From the NCBI RefSeq assembly GCF_006345805.1, contig NC_043002.1, positions 70,556,001-70,620,000 of the forward strand: a DNA stretch of 64,000 nucleotides, read 5' to 3'. The position numbers were made by a program, and so were the translations under genes. The notes under the pieces were generated by a model. It did not search any database. It had not been told where the DNA came from and saw nothing but the letters and a program-made list of their open reading frames with translations. How positions within the stretch are numbered: position 1 is the first letter of the stretch; each line of letters opens with the position of its first letter. Shown piece by piece: positions 20,906 through 34,715 of the stretch. This stretch comes from Octopus sinensis (lineage: Eukaryota).

Positions 20906-22291
20906 ATGTCCTTAGCTACTGGAAACTATAAAGGAGCTGTTGCGGTAGCGAACCAAGAAACGTGGTTGGAATTCCCTCCTCTGAAACTAGCAAATCAATG
21001 GAATTATATAGAATATATTAACGTCTCCATCAATTTCCAGAGTTGCGCTGCTATACTGAACTTGATATACTGTCACTCTTTGTGGGACTCGATTCCATCT
21101 CGGATGTTGTTTGGCGAAAAAATACCATATTTCAGGGATGCTCTCCATCCCATGAATCCACTATGGTTAAACTGAATTTTTTCCAGAATTCTATAACCCC
21201 TGATTTATAATCCCTCATCAATTAATTTTATGAGTTATTTGAAAGTCCTCAGATAATATGACTTGAGTAATTTAGGATAATATTACACACTGACATTATC
21301 AAAACTGGTGGATAACTTCACTGGGGACTTTGAGCATTGTGTTAGTCTCGACACTTCCTTTTATCAGCAGAGCAAATTATGTTCGTAAAGCAGTCTTAGA
21401 AATGACATGTAATTCACAATTTCTAAAATGGCCAATCGTAGGAAGATCGATTGAACTTAATGTAGCAACTGGAATCTGTTAGGAATTTCGAAGGGTACAC
21501 AGCCATGAACCATACTGTAATATCATCAGTGTTTATCGTCCCACATGATAAGTCAAGCGAGTTCTGGACTCTGAAAGCCTGAAGATGATTCTCTTTTCTC
21601 AGTAGAAATATAAGCCTTGCTCTGCATGCGCTTCCAGAGTAACATTTTTATTAGATTTGTACACATTTTCCTGTTTATTACTTAAACCAGGAAGTAACGT
21701 GGTTTTTCAGCAACCCAGAATAATTACTGGTACCCGCATTACTGATAATTTACATTGGTAGTTTTATCGCTGGAAACCTTTCAAATCAGCCTTGACTAAC
21801 AAGATCCTCATAGAAAATTTTAGCTACCGCTTGAATCACATTAATGTTTATCAGCACATTACGTTCTGTCTGTCTGATCGGGATCCACTTAGAAAAGTGC
21901 TGCTACATTTTAATCATCATTTTAGAACTTTGAAAAAACAAAATGAGAAAATCAATGTTCGAGTAATTAACAGAGTAACTATTTGAACGCTCGAACTAAT
22001 TTTGTCTTTATTGCCACGTTTGCAAGTGTAAGTGCTTTTGAAGATGACTGAACTTTTCTGCCGCTATAAATATTTGTAAAACTTCACGTTTTACACAGAG
22101 TGTAGTATTTTTTCGTCTACAATTTGCGCTACAGGTTTTATTTTGAATTGGTTGTGACTTTGCAGCTATATTTAAGAAAAGCAACACAAAGTATCTAATG
22201 CATACATAATATATATGTGTTAGTAGTTAAATTCAATATCCGTCGGGTTCGAGAAGGAACCCCATACCAAATATAAGCCTGCCGTATCCTA

Positions 22292-22646
22292 GTTACCTCT
22301 CCCTTCGCTAAAACGGAGGTATTGTTTTCACTCGTATTTGTTTGTTTGTCTGTAGACAAGATATTTTAAGAATCGCTGCATGAATTCGGATGAAATTTTC
22401 AGGGCTGGTTGGCTTTGTAAATGGTATTACGTGATTAGATTTTGACATCAATCCAATATCGGAAAAGGATTCTGGATTATTTTTCTTGATTTTTGAGAGC
22501 GGTCGTGTTCATTTTTAGTATTCTCGTTTGTGAGAGCAGTCGAGTTTATTTCAGGTATTCTCATATTACAAATAATTCCCGCTTAATCGTTGAGAGCCCG
22601 TCAGTGTTGACCTGGCAGAGGTTTGCTCTCTCTGAGTGCTCTTGTT
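22292..22646 (+). mobile_element. Non-autonomous Helentron/Helitron-like (HINE/DINE-type) element
   Basis: TTACCTC...GGAGGTATTGTTTTCACTCGTATTTGTTTGTTTGTCTGT...GATGAAATTTTCAGG...GGCAGAGGTTTGCTCTCTCTGAGTGCTCTTGTT resembles this family's layout (recalled, not searched). Confidence 0.5.
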
Positions 22647-23435
22647 AAACGTTAAATTACTTTGTGGGCAAAAATTAGTTATAATTTAAACAAAAAAGTA
22701 TCAGTGAGAAAACGTGTTGCGGGAATGAAGTTGAAAGAAGTACTATTGGATTAAAATGAAATAGGAAGAGAAATTATTTACGATTGGTATATGCTCAAAA
22801 ATAATAAAACAGAAACCAATAAAGGAGCAAGCGTATGCTGGAAAATATGTCGAGATCAATAAAAACAAGCTATATGCACAAAGCATGTGAAGAAGAAAAA
22901 CACGTTAGGCACTGGAGTTATTAAAAAATGAGTATTTTTATTTTAGATTTTAGAATGCCAAAATTTTACTGCAGATTGTGTGAGGATTAAATTACGGACC
23001 GTATCTAGGAATTTGCGGGTATGATTAACAAACTATATAATATATGATCGAGATTCTGTATCGCTTGAGGTGCCGGCATTTACACGATCTTTTTGGCACT
23101 TTTGCATCTTATTTTCGACTTATTAGTGATGCATGCAAAGGGTTGTCGTTTCCTAAGTATAATGAGTAAAGTATCACTAGAAACACTTACCTATTACATC
23201 GTCTATTGTATGAGATCCGATGCACATGTATTTGTAATCTCAGAATTATATTCTCTTAACAAAGACTTACAGTTCAGCAGATTTATTTTCCATAAATATT
23301 ATTGTAAATGTCGCTTACTCATTGTTTATTTGTATCTTCCGATGATATACATTAAGACTACGATATTCTAGCTTCTAGAAATATGTTCAAATCATTATGG
23401 ATATGGGTATGGAAATAGCCATGACATACGGAAAT

Positions 23436-23810
23436 ACTGTTCTCAAATTTTGGCTCAAGTCAGCCATTTCATTGGCGGGTAAAGTGGATTATGTCGACCC
23501 CAGTTCCTAACTGACACTTATTTTATCGAACCCTAAGCGATGAAAGGCAAAGTAGACCTCGACGGAATTCCAACTCAGAGCGTAAAGACAGATGAAATAC
23601 ATATTTCTTTACTACCCACAAGGGGCTAAACTCACAGAGGACAAACAAGGACAGACAAACGGATTAAGTCTATTATATCAACCCCAGTGCGTAACTAGTA
23701 CTTAATTTATCGACCCCGAAAGGAATTTGAATTCAGAACGTAACGGCAGACGAAATACGGCTATGCAATTCGCCCGGCCTGCTAACGTTTCTGCCAGCTC
23801 GCCGCCTTAT
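23436..23810 (-). mobile_element. Family-B dimeric SINE with variant second tail, 11-bp TSD
   Basis: CATACGGAAAT occurs at 23425-23435 and 23811-23821. Confidence 0.82.
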
Positions 23811-24626
23811 CATACGGAAATTTTGATGGTAACATTGTAGCATTGATAAATAAGTATGTTCTTCTGAGCATAGGATTTTTATAAGATTTATAGTCAATGC
23901 ATTCTCAATTATTTGTGATTTTCTCTACTCACTTGAGCCTACAAACAGCTTGTCAGAATAGGAGGTGCTCGTTGGCTCCCTTTTCACCTTCACGATCAGA
24001 CCTCATGATTAATACGGAATGAGTATCGCAATAAATTGAATATTGATTTTCAGTATATTTTCTGAAAAATACAACCATGCGAATTAGGTCAGGGTTTGCA
24101 ACACTTATTATACGGCATGTAAAACTATCAGAAATATGGAGTCATCTTCAAAACTAAGGTAAAATTTTGATAAAAAAAAAGATACATGAAAATTATACGT
24201 GAAAGATGGAGGTCAAATTGAACATATTATCTATGGTTTATTATGATTTGAAAATAAAAGTTATAACATTTTGTTTTATTCTGCTTTGTGATCTTTGAAT
24301 TCATTTTAATTTGTTTTATAAAATACATGAACTTATATATATATATATATATATATATATTTTTCTCATGCATTTTAGGTTTTAATTTTCTAGATTTATT
24401 ATTGATCTATACATCTAAAAAACATGTTTAATATATTTATTACTTTGTTTTTCATTTAATTATATTTGATATATTTATTTTAGCTTCCCTTTCATGTCAA
24501 TATGTTTTATATTTTTTGCCAATATAAGTGTTTATTTAGTTCATTTGAAATTACTAAAACGTTTGTTTAAATTCTGTTTTATTCTATATGCTTATTAGTT
24601 ATTTTATTTCATCCTATTCACAGTAT

Positions 24627-24747
24627 TTCTTCTTCTTCTTCTTCTTCTTCTTCTTCTTCTTTTTCTTCCACTTCTTCTTCTTCTTTTTCTTCTTCTTCTT
24701 CCTCTTCTTTTTCTTCATCTTCTTCTTCTTCTTCTTCTTCTTCTTCA

Positions 24748-24793
<46 letters not shown>
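24627..24793. repeat. (TTC)n followed by (TTA)n microsatellite
   Basis: Directly visible. Confidence 0.95.
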
Positions 24794-25345
24794 GAGGGAA
24801 AAAGCAGTGCATGCCATCAGAATGACACTGGGGTAAAATATACAAAGCCCAGTATACCAATCATGATTACCCATCTGGTAAGGATATATTAGGCACATGA
24901 ATCACAACCATACGTGCGCAACATGGTGATCTCATATCAAGATAAACGGTGCATAAACTTGCAGGTGGGGCCCAAGTTAAACTTTTCTTCACGTCGAGTA
25001 CTCTATTTTTCTCAAATGGCCCTTGTTTAAGGATTAAGAACGAAGTACCCATGTTTCCAGAGGGGAATTATTCAAACTCCAATGAATCCCTCTCCTCACA
25101 TGGTGATGATGCTCCACCACTACTTTTGCTCCCGATCAGAGATGCACATATCCTCAGCCACAAAGAGACATACTCAAATGGTTATGGTTAAACGACCAAC
25201 AAGCAAATCTGTGGTATCGAGCAGAATATTTGCTGTAGCCCATCCTTTATACCAGTACAAAACATGTACAAGGTAAGATTTCCAATCAATGAAGATCAGA
25301 AGCCATGAGAGTCAGCACCTGGTACTACATCAAGGCATTAACATA
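24794..25345. mobile_element. Unclassified interspersed repeat (family D), copy 1
   Basis: 24794-25242 is a diverged reverse complement of 57652-58116. It is bounded by (TTA)n and (CAT)n/(AAT)n tracts. Confidence 0.7.
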
Positions 25346-25386
25346 ATCATCATCATCATCATCATCATCATTACTATATTTATTGT

Positions 25387-25417
<31 letters not shown>

Positions 25418-26189
25418 ATTATTATTATTATTGAATATACGTAAACGAAGATGTCTAAGCAGGTTTGACTCTTAGATCAGTTCCTGCTAAGCAGCGTTCA
25501 TGCAATTTGTAAATGCCCTGGTTCATTTGGTTCACAGTGAGGCGCGTTTCTATCTCCGCTATCCAAGGATCAATCAACATCGGCCTAGTGAAATAGTAAT
25601 ACTCCAGCCATTCACAAAATCATATTTACTCTTAGATTCGGCTCTTCCCTCATTAAGTTATCAATTGAAATATTTTCTGCTTCCTTTTGAAGTTCTTGAA
25701 TCCCTGATCTGACGTCAAACCTAAATTCAGTATGACGCAGGAAAAGTTAATAATACTTACATTCTAGTGACTCATGTGATGTATAGATCAATAATGAACT
25801 TAGAACATTAAAACCTAAAAGGCAAGAGAAATATATCTCTATCTCTATCTATATCTATCTATCTATCCATCTACGGACGTGCTGTCACTTCGGCTCCGAA
25901 GGTAATCTTTTATTTTGACTATTTATAGCCCATATTTTGTGTACAGTTTTGTAAATAAGGTGTGTAAGGCACCCAACTTTCGTTTGAGTGCTTTTCCGAG
26001 GGAGGAATTCGCCCCTAGGGGCAGTTTCAACCCTATTTAATTTGTGTAATTTTCTTCTCGACATTTTGAGAATGTCGAGAAATTGTATTGTAGAACGCTG
26101 GTCGCGTTCCTTTATCGACCAACATTTTCCTAGTTTGGAAACGCTAGAAGAAAAAAAGAACTCATGCACGCAAAGTGCAAACCTGAATG

Positions 26190-28787
26190 ACATGGCAGTG
26201 AAAGCTGGAACCACTTGCGATAACAGCACTGTCACCACCACCACTAACAACAACAACGAGACTACTACTGCTACCACCACCGCCTCCACCACCACCACCA
26301 CCACCACCGCCACCTCATCCATTACCTCAACTACCAACAACAACAACAATAACAATGACAACAGGAATAACAACAATTGTGCCACCATTTCGACATCTGC
26401 TGCCACGGCTGTCTCTTCTGCCACTGACACCACCACCAACACCAACAACAAAAACAATAACAACAACAACAATTCCGTTCATACCTTGTTTTCTCCAACA
26501 ACAAGAACTGAAGGGAATAAACAAAAGACTGTGACCACCAAACAAATTGACAAAAGCTGCTCGAACACAGGGACAAACTATGCAAATAATTTTCCACCCC
26601 TTCCTACTTGCACAATCAAACCAAATACACCGATTTTACCAACTGCAGCCAACAGCAACATCACCACCAGCAACAACAATAACAAAACAACAACAAATTT
26701 CGCCGAGGCGATAAAAGAAAAAAAGACAACAGTATATTTTACTGCACAACAGATAAAAGATACGAAAATTTTAATAACGGAAGTAGATGGTATAGTAAAA
26801 ATAAACATACCACAAGAAATATTAGAAAATGAAAAAAAAAAGAACTATTATATATAAAATAATTAATAAGAAAACAAAAAGTCCAGAGAAGGCTAATACA
26901 AGCAAAATCGAAAAATGCTTGAAACCCATCTGGAACTACAAAGAGCATGTGACCTGGTGGAACAAGTTCGCACACATACAAGTGGTCTTCCACACTGAAG
27001 AGTTAGCAAAACGTTTCTCAACGCTAACTCTTCATTCAGATGAACTCACATTAATACCAAGCTATCGTGGACAGAAAGTGACTAAGATCACTTTAAACAA
27101 TGTCCCCAAAATAGCGAACAATCTATGGCTAGTAAAGGCCTTATGTGTGAAAATGGAAGATTTCACTATTTTAGAAACTACGGTCACGGAACACAAAAAC
27201 TGGATGGGAAAAAGAGTAGAATTTCTACTACACATAAACCAAGATGAGATAAAGAAAATACCCACCCAGATATGTGTATCAGAAGACCACAAGTTATATG
27301 TGGTCGTCGATGGCAGAAGATTGCAAATATGCCGCAAGAAAACAACAGCAACAACAACAGCAGCCGGAAAAAAACAAAATAGCCAGCTTTACTACCCACA
27401 CCACAATTTGTACAAACAGGACTAATCACAGAAAAAAAAAAAAAACCTCACCAACCAAACAACCACACCAACTGCATCAAGAACAGAAGCAACACCAGCA
27501 ACAACAACCAAGAATAAACCAACTCCCAAACCAAGGACATCTGCCAAAAAGACACTCATCGAAAATGAAGAAACAATTACTACTCCAAATCCCCACAAAA
27601 TTGACACCCCAAACAACACAACAATCATCATCATCATTGTTCGACCGTGGTCGAGACAATGGAATTTACCATGTTGCGCCAGACTTCACGGTCCATCATA
27701 GCATTACGGAGGTCCTGTTGCTGGATGCCTGTATCCCTGGAGATTACATCAGGGTAGGAGAGTGTGCGCCCTCTGGTGTTGCGAGTAGATGGCTTCCAGA
27801 GGAGAAGAGTAGAAATTACTTCTTTTTCAGCTCTACAACAATGTCCAGCAAACTGGACTCTCCTACCTTTCACAAGAGATGACACAGGTGGTAATTTCCC
27901 ATATAGTTGCATTTTAGTTGGATGGCGCCTCCACGAGAGATTTTGAGCTCTCATAAGGAGGCGAGTGTAGGTTCCATCCAACCGCCTCTCAAGCTTCTTT
28001 GATAACGTCCAGGTTTCTGAGCCATATAGTAGGATTGGTTCGACTGTGGCTTTGAATATTTCAAGTTTGAAGTCTCTACTTAGATTTGATAACCAGATCT
28101 TATGCATGTCATTACAGGCTGACCAGGCCATACCCTTTCTAGTTAGAAAGTCTTTTCCAGATGATGACAATACCTACAATCACTCAAACATAAAATACCC
28201 ACACCCCACCTCCAAAACCCCATACACCACAATCTAACGCTCACCAACCAACACCAACAACAAAATCAACACAGTCTACAATAGACCCCAATATTTTCCC
28301 CCTCCAAAGCTCTGATTCCTCTGATTTGTCATTAGACGAAGAAGACACAGAAGATTGGCAAATAGCCACAGGGGGGAGAAGAAAAAAGGGAAAAAGAAAA
28401 GAAAAGATAACAAACAAAGCAGGAAGATTCACCACTCCCGAAACAAAAACATGCACAGAAAACAAACACATCAACACAAACACACCATCATCAAACCCCC
28501 CAACAATGTTGACAGCCATAAACACAAACAACCACGACCTAATGGAACACATTAGGTCAAACACCAACATAACTGAAAACGACATAAAAACAAATAACCA
28601 CCCACGCACAACACCACCACAACACATTAAGATAATACACGTAACACAGAATACATACAGCACCCTGAAATCTCTTTACCCTGATGCAGTAGGGAGATTT
28701 CAAAAATATTCACCAAAGAAACTATATAAAAACCTCATGGAAGAAGACTGTGAGGTGAAAAACAAAGGACTTTCGGACAACAAGTAA
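26190..28787 (+). pseudogene. Tx1 ORF1 (disrupted): Thr/Asn-rich N-terminus, RRM-like core, eroded zinc knuckle, interrupted by RTE
   Basis: ORF pieces 25988-26857, 26829-27425 and 28326-28787. There is a frameshift in the A-run near 26831-26840. Homologous to the tandem-array ORF. Confidence 0.72.
27624..28169 (-). mobile_element. 5'-truncated RTE-clade LINE 3' end nested in Tx1 ORF1
   Basis: Open frame 27634-28170 reads KATVEPILLYGSETWTL...RRVQFAGHC...DREVWR, typical of the RTE C-terminus, with a (TGA)n tail. Confidence 0.88.
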
Positions 28788-28853
28788 CCTTTTCTCTCGA
28801 TCTTTCCTTTTTGCATTTTCTTTTCGTGTGTAAAACACAATTTTTATCGGAAC

Positions 28854-31800
28854 ATGCTCAGAATAGGCAGTATAAATGTACGTGGCTTGGGGTCGCCTTG
28901 GAAACAAAGGATACCTGTTAAATGACATCAAGTCACTAAATCTGAATATCATAGCCATCAGTGAGACCAGACTCTACAGCTCGCGGGCACTCCAGCACAT
29001 GTTCGGTACACATTTCAACATTTATTTTTCTCCGTGTCTACCGAGAATGGGCGGAGATGGCACCGCGGTGCTTCTCCGAAAGAGTCTGGATCTCAAAGTA
29101 AGAGCAATTTTCCTAGACCCGGAGGGTAGGTCGGTCGTTTTGGATGTCGATGGCAGCAATGAGTGTGCTTTTCGACTGATAACAGTTTATGCTCCGTCCT
29201 TAACAGACCGACCAGATTTCTTTCGACGTCTAGAGTCTTTCATGGGAACGTCTCGTCCTTTACTTTTAGTGGGGGATTGGAATGCCACCCTGGACACGCA
29301 TCTAGACTACGTGGGCAGAGATAGCAATAAAAGGGGATGCAAATGCCTCAAAGACCTGCTCAGACGTTTCCAACTGTCTGACAGGTACCGACTAGACCAC
29401 CCGAATGTGCCAATGTGGACATGGAGTAACCGCATCGGGTCGTCCAGATCATACTTAGATAGAGTATTCTGTAGGACAATAGATAAAAATAGTGTAGGTT
29501 GTCCACAATTTCATATAATCAGTTACACAGATCACAAGTTTGTGACTTGTACACTTGACTTAGATAAGACACATAGGCAGGGTCCTGGTTACTGGAAACT
29601 GAACGCGGCTTTTACAGCACGACAGGTTTACAGGGACCGTATCAGCACATTAGTTAAGAGAGCTTTGACGGGTACCATCATTAACAACAGATGGTGGTAT
29701 GCCCTAAAAAAAGCAATTAAAGCAGAATCAGTCAGATACAGTAAAGCCCTAGCATTAGACCGAAATAGAATAGAGGGAGAATTAGTTAAGGTTTTAGAAG
29801 AGGCACTTAGAACTGGCATCGCGTCCAACGTGCTGGCGGCGAGATTGGCCCTCGACCAACACCTCAACGCCAAACACGAGGGATGCGTTGTCAGAGCTAG
29901 GATGCGTGCTCTGAGGAACGAAGGAGTTGGAGCCGCCCAAGAGGCCCTAGTGGTGGAGACGCAACGAGGCAACAGAGCCACCATCAAGTTTCTTATAGAT
30001 GAACAGGGGCGCAAATTACTCGAGCCTAAAAGGATGTGTGGGGCTTTTCAACAACACTTCACCCAACTGTTTGGGACAAGTGGTGGGTCAGAACGCAGAG
30101 TGGACTTTAGTGCCTACCTGCATGCCTTGCCACGACTCTCAGCAAGAGAGGTGGAGTCTTGTGAAAGGCCTATCACAGCTGCGGACGTACAGGATGCGAT
30201 GGAGGGCTGCGCGAGAGACAAGCCACCAGGCTTGGATGGTCTGCCCTACGAACTTTATTGTCATATGCCAGACTTGTTTGGAGGCGTCTTGGCAGCTGTT
30301 TACTGCAACTGGCAGCAAAACGGGAGTATTCCTGCTTTTGTAAAGCGGGGAGCAGTGGCACTGATTAAGAAAGACCCAAACAAGGGGGACGTCATAGATA
30401 ATTTCAGGCCCATCACTCTGCTCAACGCAGATTTGAAAATTTTGGCCAAGGTGTTAGCCGAGAGATTGGCGCTTGTCATCAAGAAACTAATCGACAAGGC
30501 GCAAACATGCGTCGTGCCGGGTAGTAGTATTCATGACAACCTCCATCTGATGCGCTACATCATAGACAGGGTAGTTAAGAATCCTGACATGAGTGGGGCG
30601 CTGATCAATTTGGATCAATCAAAAGCTTTCGATAGGGTAGACCATCACTACTTGGAGGCTGTCCTTAAAGCGGCTGGTTTCGGTCCAGTTTTCTGCGGTT
30701 GAATCGCTGCCTTATACAGCGGCATCCGCTCAGTATTTCGCGTAAATGGTCATCTATCCAGACCTTTTAACATCATGCGTTCGGTTCGTCAGGGATGCCC
30801 CCTCTCATCGCTGCTGTATGTATTGACTCTTGAGCCACTACTACGGAATCTGGCGACGCTGAGGGGCATCCCACGAGAGCTGGGATGCGGGAGGAGCGTG
30901 TCTGCATACGCGGATGATGTCACCGTCATAGTGTAGAGCTAACAGCACATCGAGCTGGTCGGCGAGACACTAAAAGAACACGAAGCGGTAACGGGAGCAA
31001 AAATTAACCGGGAAAAGTCAGTGGGCTTGCGTCTCCATCGTGGGACGCTGGACGGACGGACCGGTTAAATAGCTCGGGGTCTGGTTCGGTCCGGACCTCC
31101 AAATGGAGAAGAACTGGGGCGAGATAACGACTAGGGTGGCTACTCTCACCCAGAAATGGGCTGAGAGAAAGCTATTCCTAAAAGGTCGGGCGGAGGTGGC
31201 GAACGCGTACATCGCATCCGTCATCGAGTATCGTCTGACTGTCGTGCCTTGTCCCGACCCTACCATCACCAAACTGGAACGTATACTCTTCCGCTTCCTG
31301 TGGAAGGGAAACGTTCCGATGGTTAGGCGATCCATTTGCTGTCAACACCCGCTAAATGGAGGGCTGGGCATCCCGTGGTTGATGATGCGCAGACATGCGC
31401 TGAGACCGCGACATCTCCGGCGCTTCATAAACGACGGTGATCAGGTGTGGTCGCCTTTTGTGCGGCGCGCTTTCCCGCAGCTCGTCTCCATGGACGAACT
31501 ACAGTCATGGATCAAGCAGAGACCGAGGCTAGGCGAATGGCACCGCGAGTGTCGCGTTGCTCTCAAGCAACTCTGCCGTCCGGGATCGAACTTGTGCGAC
31601 TCCATCACAACAAAGGCATTCTATAGAGGATTAGTGGAGGGGAGGTGCGACGACGAACTCGGGCAGAGTCTGGGCGTCGACGAGGAACACCTGACCCGCG
31701 TGTTCAGGACAACTTTCGGGCCGGGACCTATGAACAATCACCAAAGATCCCTGGCCTGGCAGTGCTATCGAGAAGCATTACCTGTTCGGGATAAGCTCTA

Positions 31801-32251
31801 CAGACACGGTTCCAGACACACTGGACCGACTTGCCCGAGATGCGGTCAGAGCGACGAAACCGTTCTGCACGCACTCGTGCAATGTCCAACCATTTCAGAC
31901 CTGTGGGCTTATGCCGAACGGCTGCTGTAACGTGTGGGACGAATCCGCCTATCGGCCGAGTCTGTCGTGAGGATTGCTCCGCCCCCTTCCCTCAACCGGG
32001 AAGGCAAGGCAGTTTTCATCGTACTGGTGGCCATGGTGAAAGAATGTGTGTGGTGGACCCGAGCGAAAGGACTAGAGACAAACACTTACCTCTCTGGCCA
32101 ATCGCTCATCAACTTTTTCAAGTACCACTTGAAAAGGAAGGTGAGAATGGAGAGGGAAGTTTTGTCTCGCGAAAGATTAAAAAAAAGATGGGTGAATGTT
32201 GCAAAGATGGTGCGTGCGAGTGACGAAACCATTTTGAGCATGACCCTGTAA
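28854..32251 (+). pseudogene. Tx1 ORF2: APE endonuclease, reverse transcriptase and C-terminal CCHC (disrupted)
   Basis: MLRIGSINVRGL start (frameshift ~28905), ISETRL, GDWNA, SDHK-like YTDHK, FRPITLLNADLK, LDQSKAFDRV, RQGCPLS, YADD and CPRCGQSDETVLHALVQC. Stops occur at ~30700, ~30935 and ~31928. Confidence 0.92.
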
Positions 32252-32552
32252 ATCGTAAAAAAGAAAGAGAGAGAGCATTTTGCTCTCATGTGGTTATTTC
32301 CTCCCTGACTGAGGTTCCCGTGGTCTTTTCTGTAGGCTTTTCTTCCCATGGATGAACCCCATCTTGTTTTATCAATGTTTTTAATCAATGTTTCTGTGAT
32401 ACACGATTTCTTTCCTTTTTTTCTTTTTTTCCTCTCGATCCCTTTTGATCGCAATCTTACATTTATTTCCTTTTTTCTACCCTCGAAAAGAAAAGCTCTA
32501 CATTTGTATTTGTCCCCTCTGTATTCAGCCCTGTGTGGCTAATAAAAGAAAG

Positions 32553-32619
<67 letters not shown>

Positions 32620-33289
32620 CTATATATACATGTATTTTATAAAACAAATTAATATGAAAAGGAAATAAGAAAAGGAAATAAGACATTCCTTCATATTTGA
32701 GGCTTTTCCTCCTCACATATGCATACTGTGTATTGTGATACTAATGTTACGTAAACTATAAGAACATGGGTATGGTTTGTTGTTGGGTGCTGTGATTTCT
32801 TGAGATAACGCAAGAGGAATTCTTTACATTATATGTTGGATCTTAGAAAAACTGGAGATACCGTCTCAATTCTTCACACTTAGTACAACGTTCCATTATA
32901 TTTATCTCAAAATTTTCACTTACATTAAACGACTATAAAAATTTTAAGGGACAACCTTATATCATGAAACATCGCTCCTACCTTCCCCAAGGAGCTAACA
33001 AGAAGCAGCTGCATAATTCTATAAGTGATAATAAATCACTTCCTAAATATTAAAAGTTTTTATCTATTGGCCAATCTAATTTTATCACTTTCAATAGACT
33101 GTTTCTCGAGGTATTCCCAACAATAATATTCCAATATAAATGTTCATAGAGTTTAAATCCCGCTCCGAAGTAATAAAGATACCAACGAGGTATCGTTAGT
33201 CTATAAATATTTGTTTACACTTGATTCCTATATTTTGCAATTATTGCAAAATGTGGATATAAAGAATATATGTAAGCATAATATATGGA

Positions 33290-33308
33290 CGCATACATAC
33301 AAATAAAT

Positions 33309-33344
<36 letters not shown>

Positions 33345-33395
33345 ACACACACACACATACAGATACACCTGCCTATGTATGTTTATATATTTACT

Positions 33396-33427
<32 letters not shown>

Positions 33428-33537
33428 ATACATACATATATGCATATATACGTTATATATGCATACATGTATATGCAACTATATGTATGTACACATTCCC
33501 CGCATTATATATTCACATATTCATGTCTGTCTGTCTG

Positions 33538-33620
<83 letters not shown>

Positions 33621-33860
33621 GGTTTATATGTAGTATATATTTACTCATATATATATATATATACATATGGTTTATATGTAGTATATATTTACTTATATAT
33701 ATATACACATATGCATATATACGTTATATATGCATACATGTATAGGCAACTATATGTATGTATGTATGTACACATTCCCCGCATTATATATTCACATATT
33801 TATGTCTGTCTGTCTATCTATCTATCTATCTATCTATCTCTCTATATATATATACATATG
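33290..33860. repeat. Compound microsatellite/minisatellite with internal ~110-bp and ~45-bp duplications
   Basis: ATATGCATATATACGTTATATATGCATACATG...CCCCGCATTATATATTCACATATT occurs twice (~33437, ~33709). ATACATATGGTTTATATGTAG occurs twice. Confidence 0.85.
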
Positions 33861-34572
33861 ATGAGATTATGCTTCTGGTTTATATATAATACAAGGTAAT
33901 AATTAAAATACTTGCCCTTCTGCGATGTATGTAGTATAAGCAGATGAAATCATTTACATCTGTATGCGTATATTTGTAGATGTGCATGTATTTACTCTAT
34001 TAATCTTACAGTACACCAAAGGAATGCTGTCGATTTTATAACAAAAACAAGTGGTTATATACAAGACACTGACTAACATATATACACAGAAGTATACACA
34101 GACAATCACCGGCGTACACAGTCACATGCATACTCAAACACACGTATGCGTAGATATAGATATATATATATTTATGTATGTAGGCGCAAGCATATGCTTT
34201 CTACATGTTAAAGTACGCATATTTGATTTGCGCACGTGTAACTGTGTATATATACGTATGATGCAAAGAGTAAACCTACATATAAACCGTGATAATAAAA
34301 TAACATATATACTCTATGATATGCACGTATGAATGTATCTAAATCTATTTTATTAATATATATATAATAGATTGGTAGCCACTACCCACATTTTATTCTC
34401 TCCTTGTTTCTTTCCTTGTTTCTTTCTGAGTTTCTTTTGTGTGGAAGAGCGTAGGCTTGAAACTTTAAAGACTTTTTCAATTCACGAGTGTTATACTAAT
34501 ACAGCTGTTTGTTTTCTACACCACCTGTCTTCGTCTTTGGTTTTTTTTCGTGAATTCTCCCTATATATATAT

Positions 34573-34609
<37 letters not shown>

Positions 34610-34642
34610 TAATACATAAACACACACACATATGTATGCATA

Positions 34643-34715
<73 letters not shown>

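Larger units (their letters stand above)
25874..32553 (+). mobile_element. Near-full-length decayed Tx1-clade (L1 superfamily) LINE in a (TCTA)n tract
   Basis: ORF1 remnants span ~26190-28787 and ORF2 (APE-RT-CCHC) spans 28854-32251. The 3' UTR ends CCCTGTGTGGCTAATAAAAGAAA. TCTA repeats flank both sides (25832-25873; 32554-32589). Confidence 0.88.

Noticed and set aside
24588-24898. Poly-F/L and poly-K/N ORFs (also 50373-50771, 52713-52938, 57332-57740, 57997-58281)
   Set aside because: These are translations of trinucleotide microsatellites.
27620-28180. TSD for the RTE insertion
   Set aside because: Only short ACAAT/TGATGA microhomologies are present in low-complexity sequence, which cannot be distinguished from chance.
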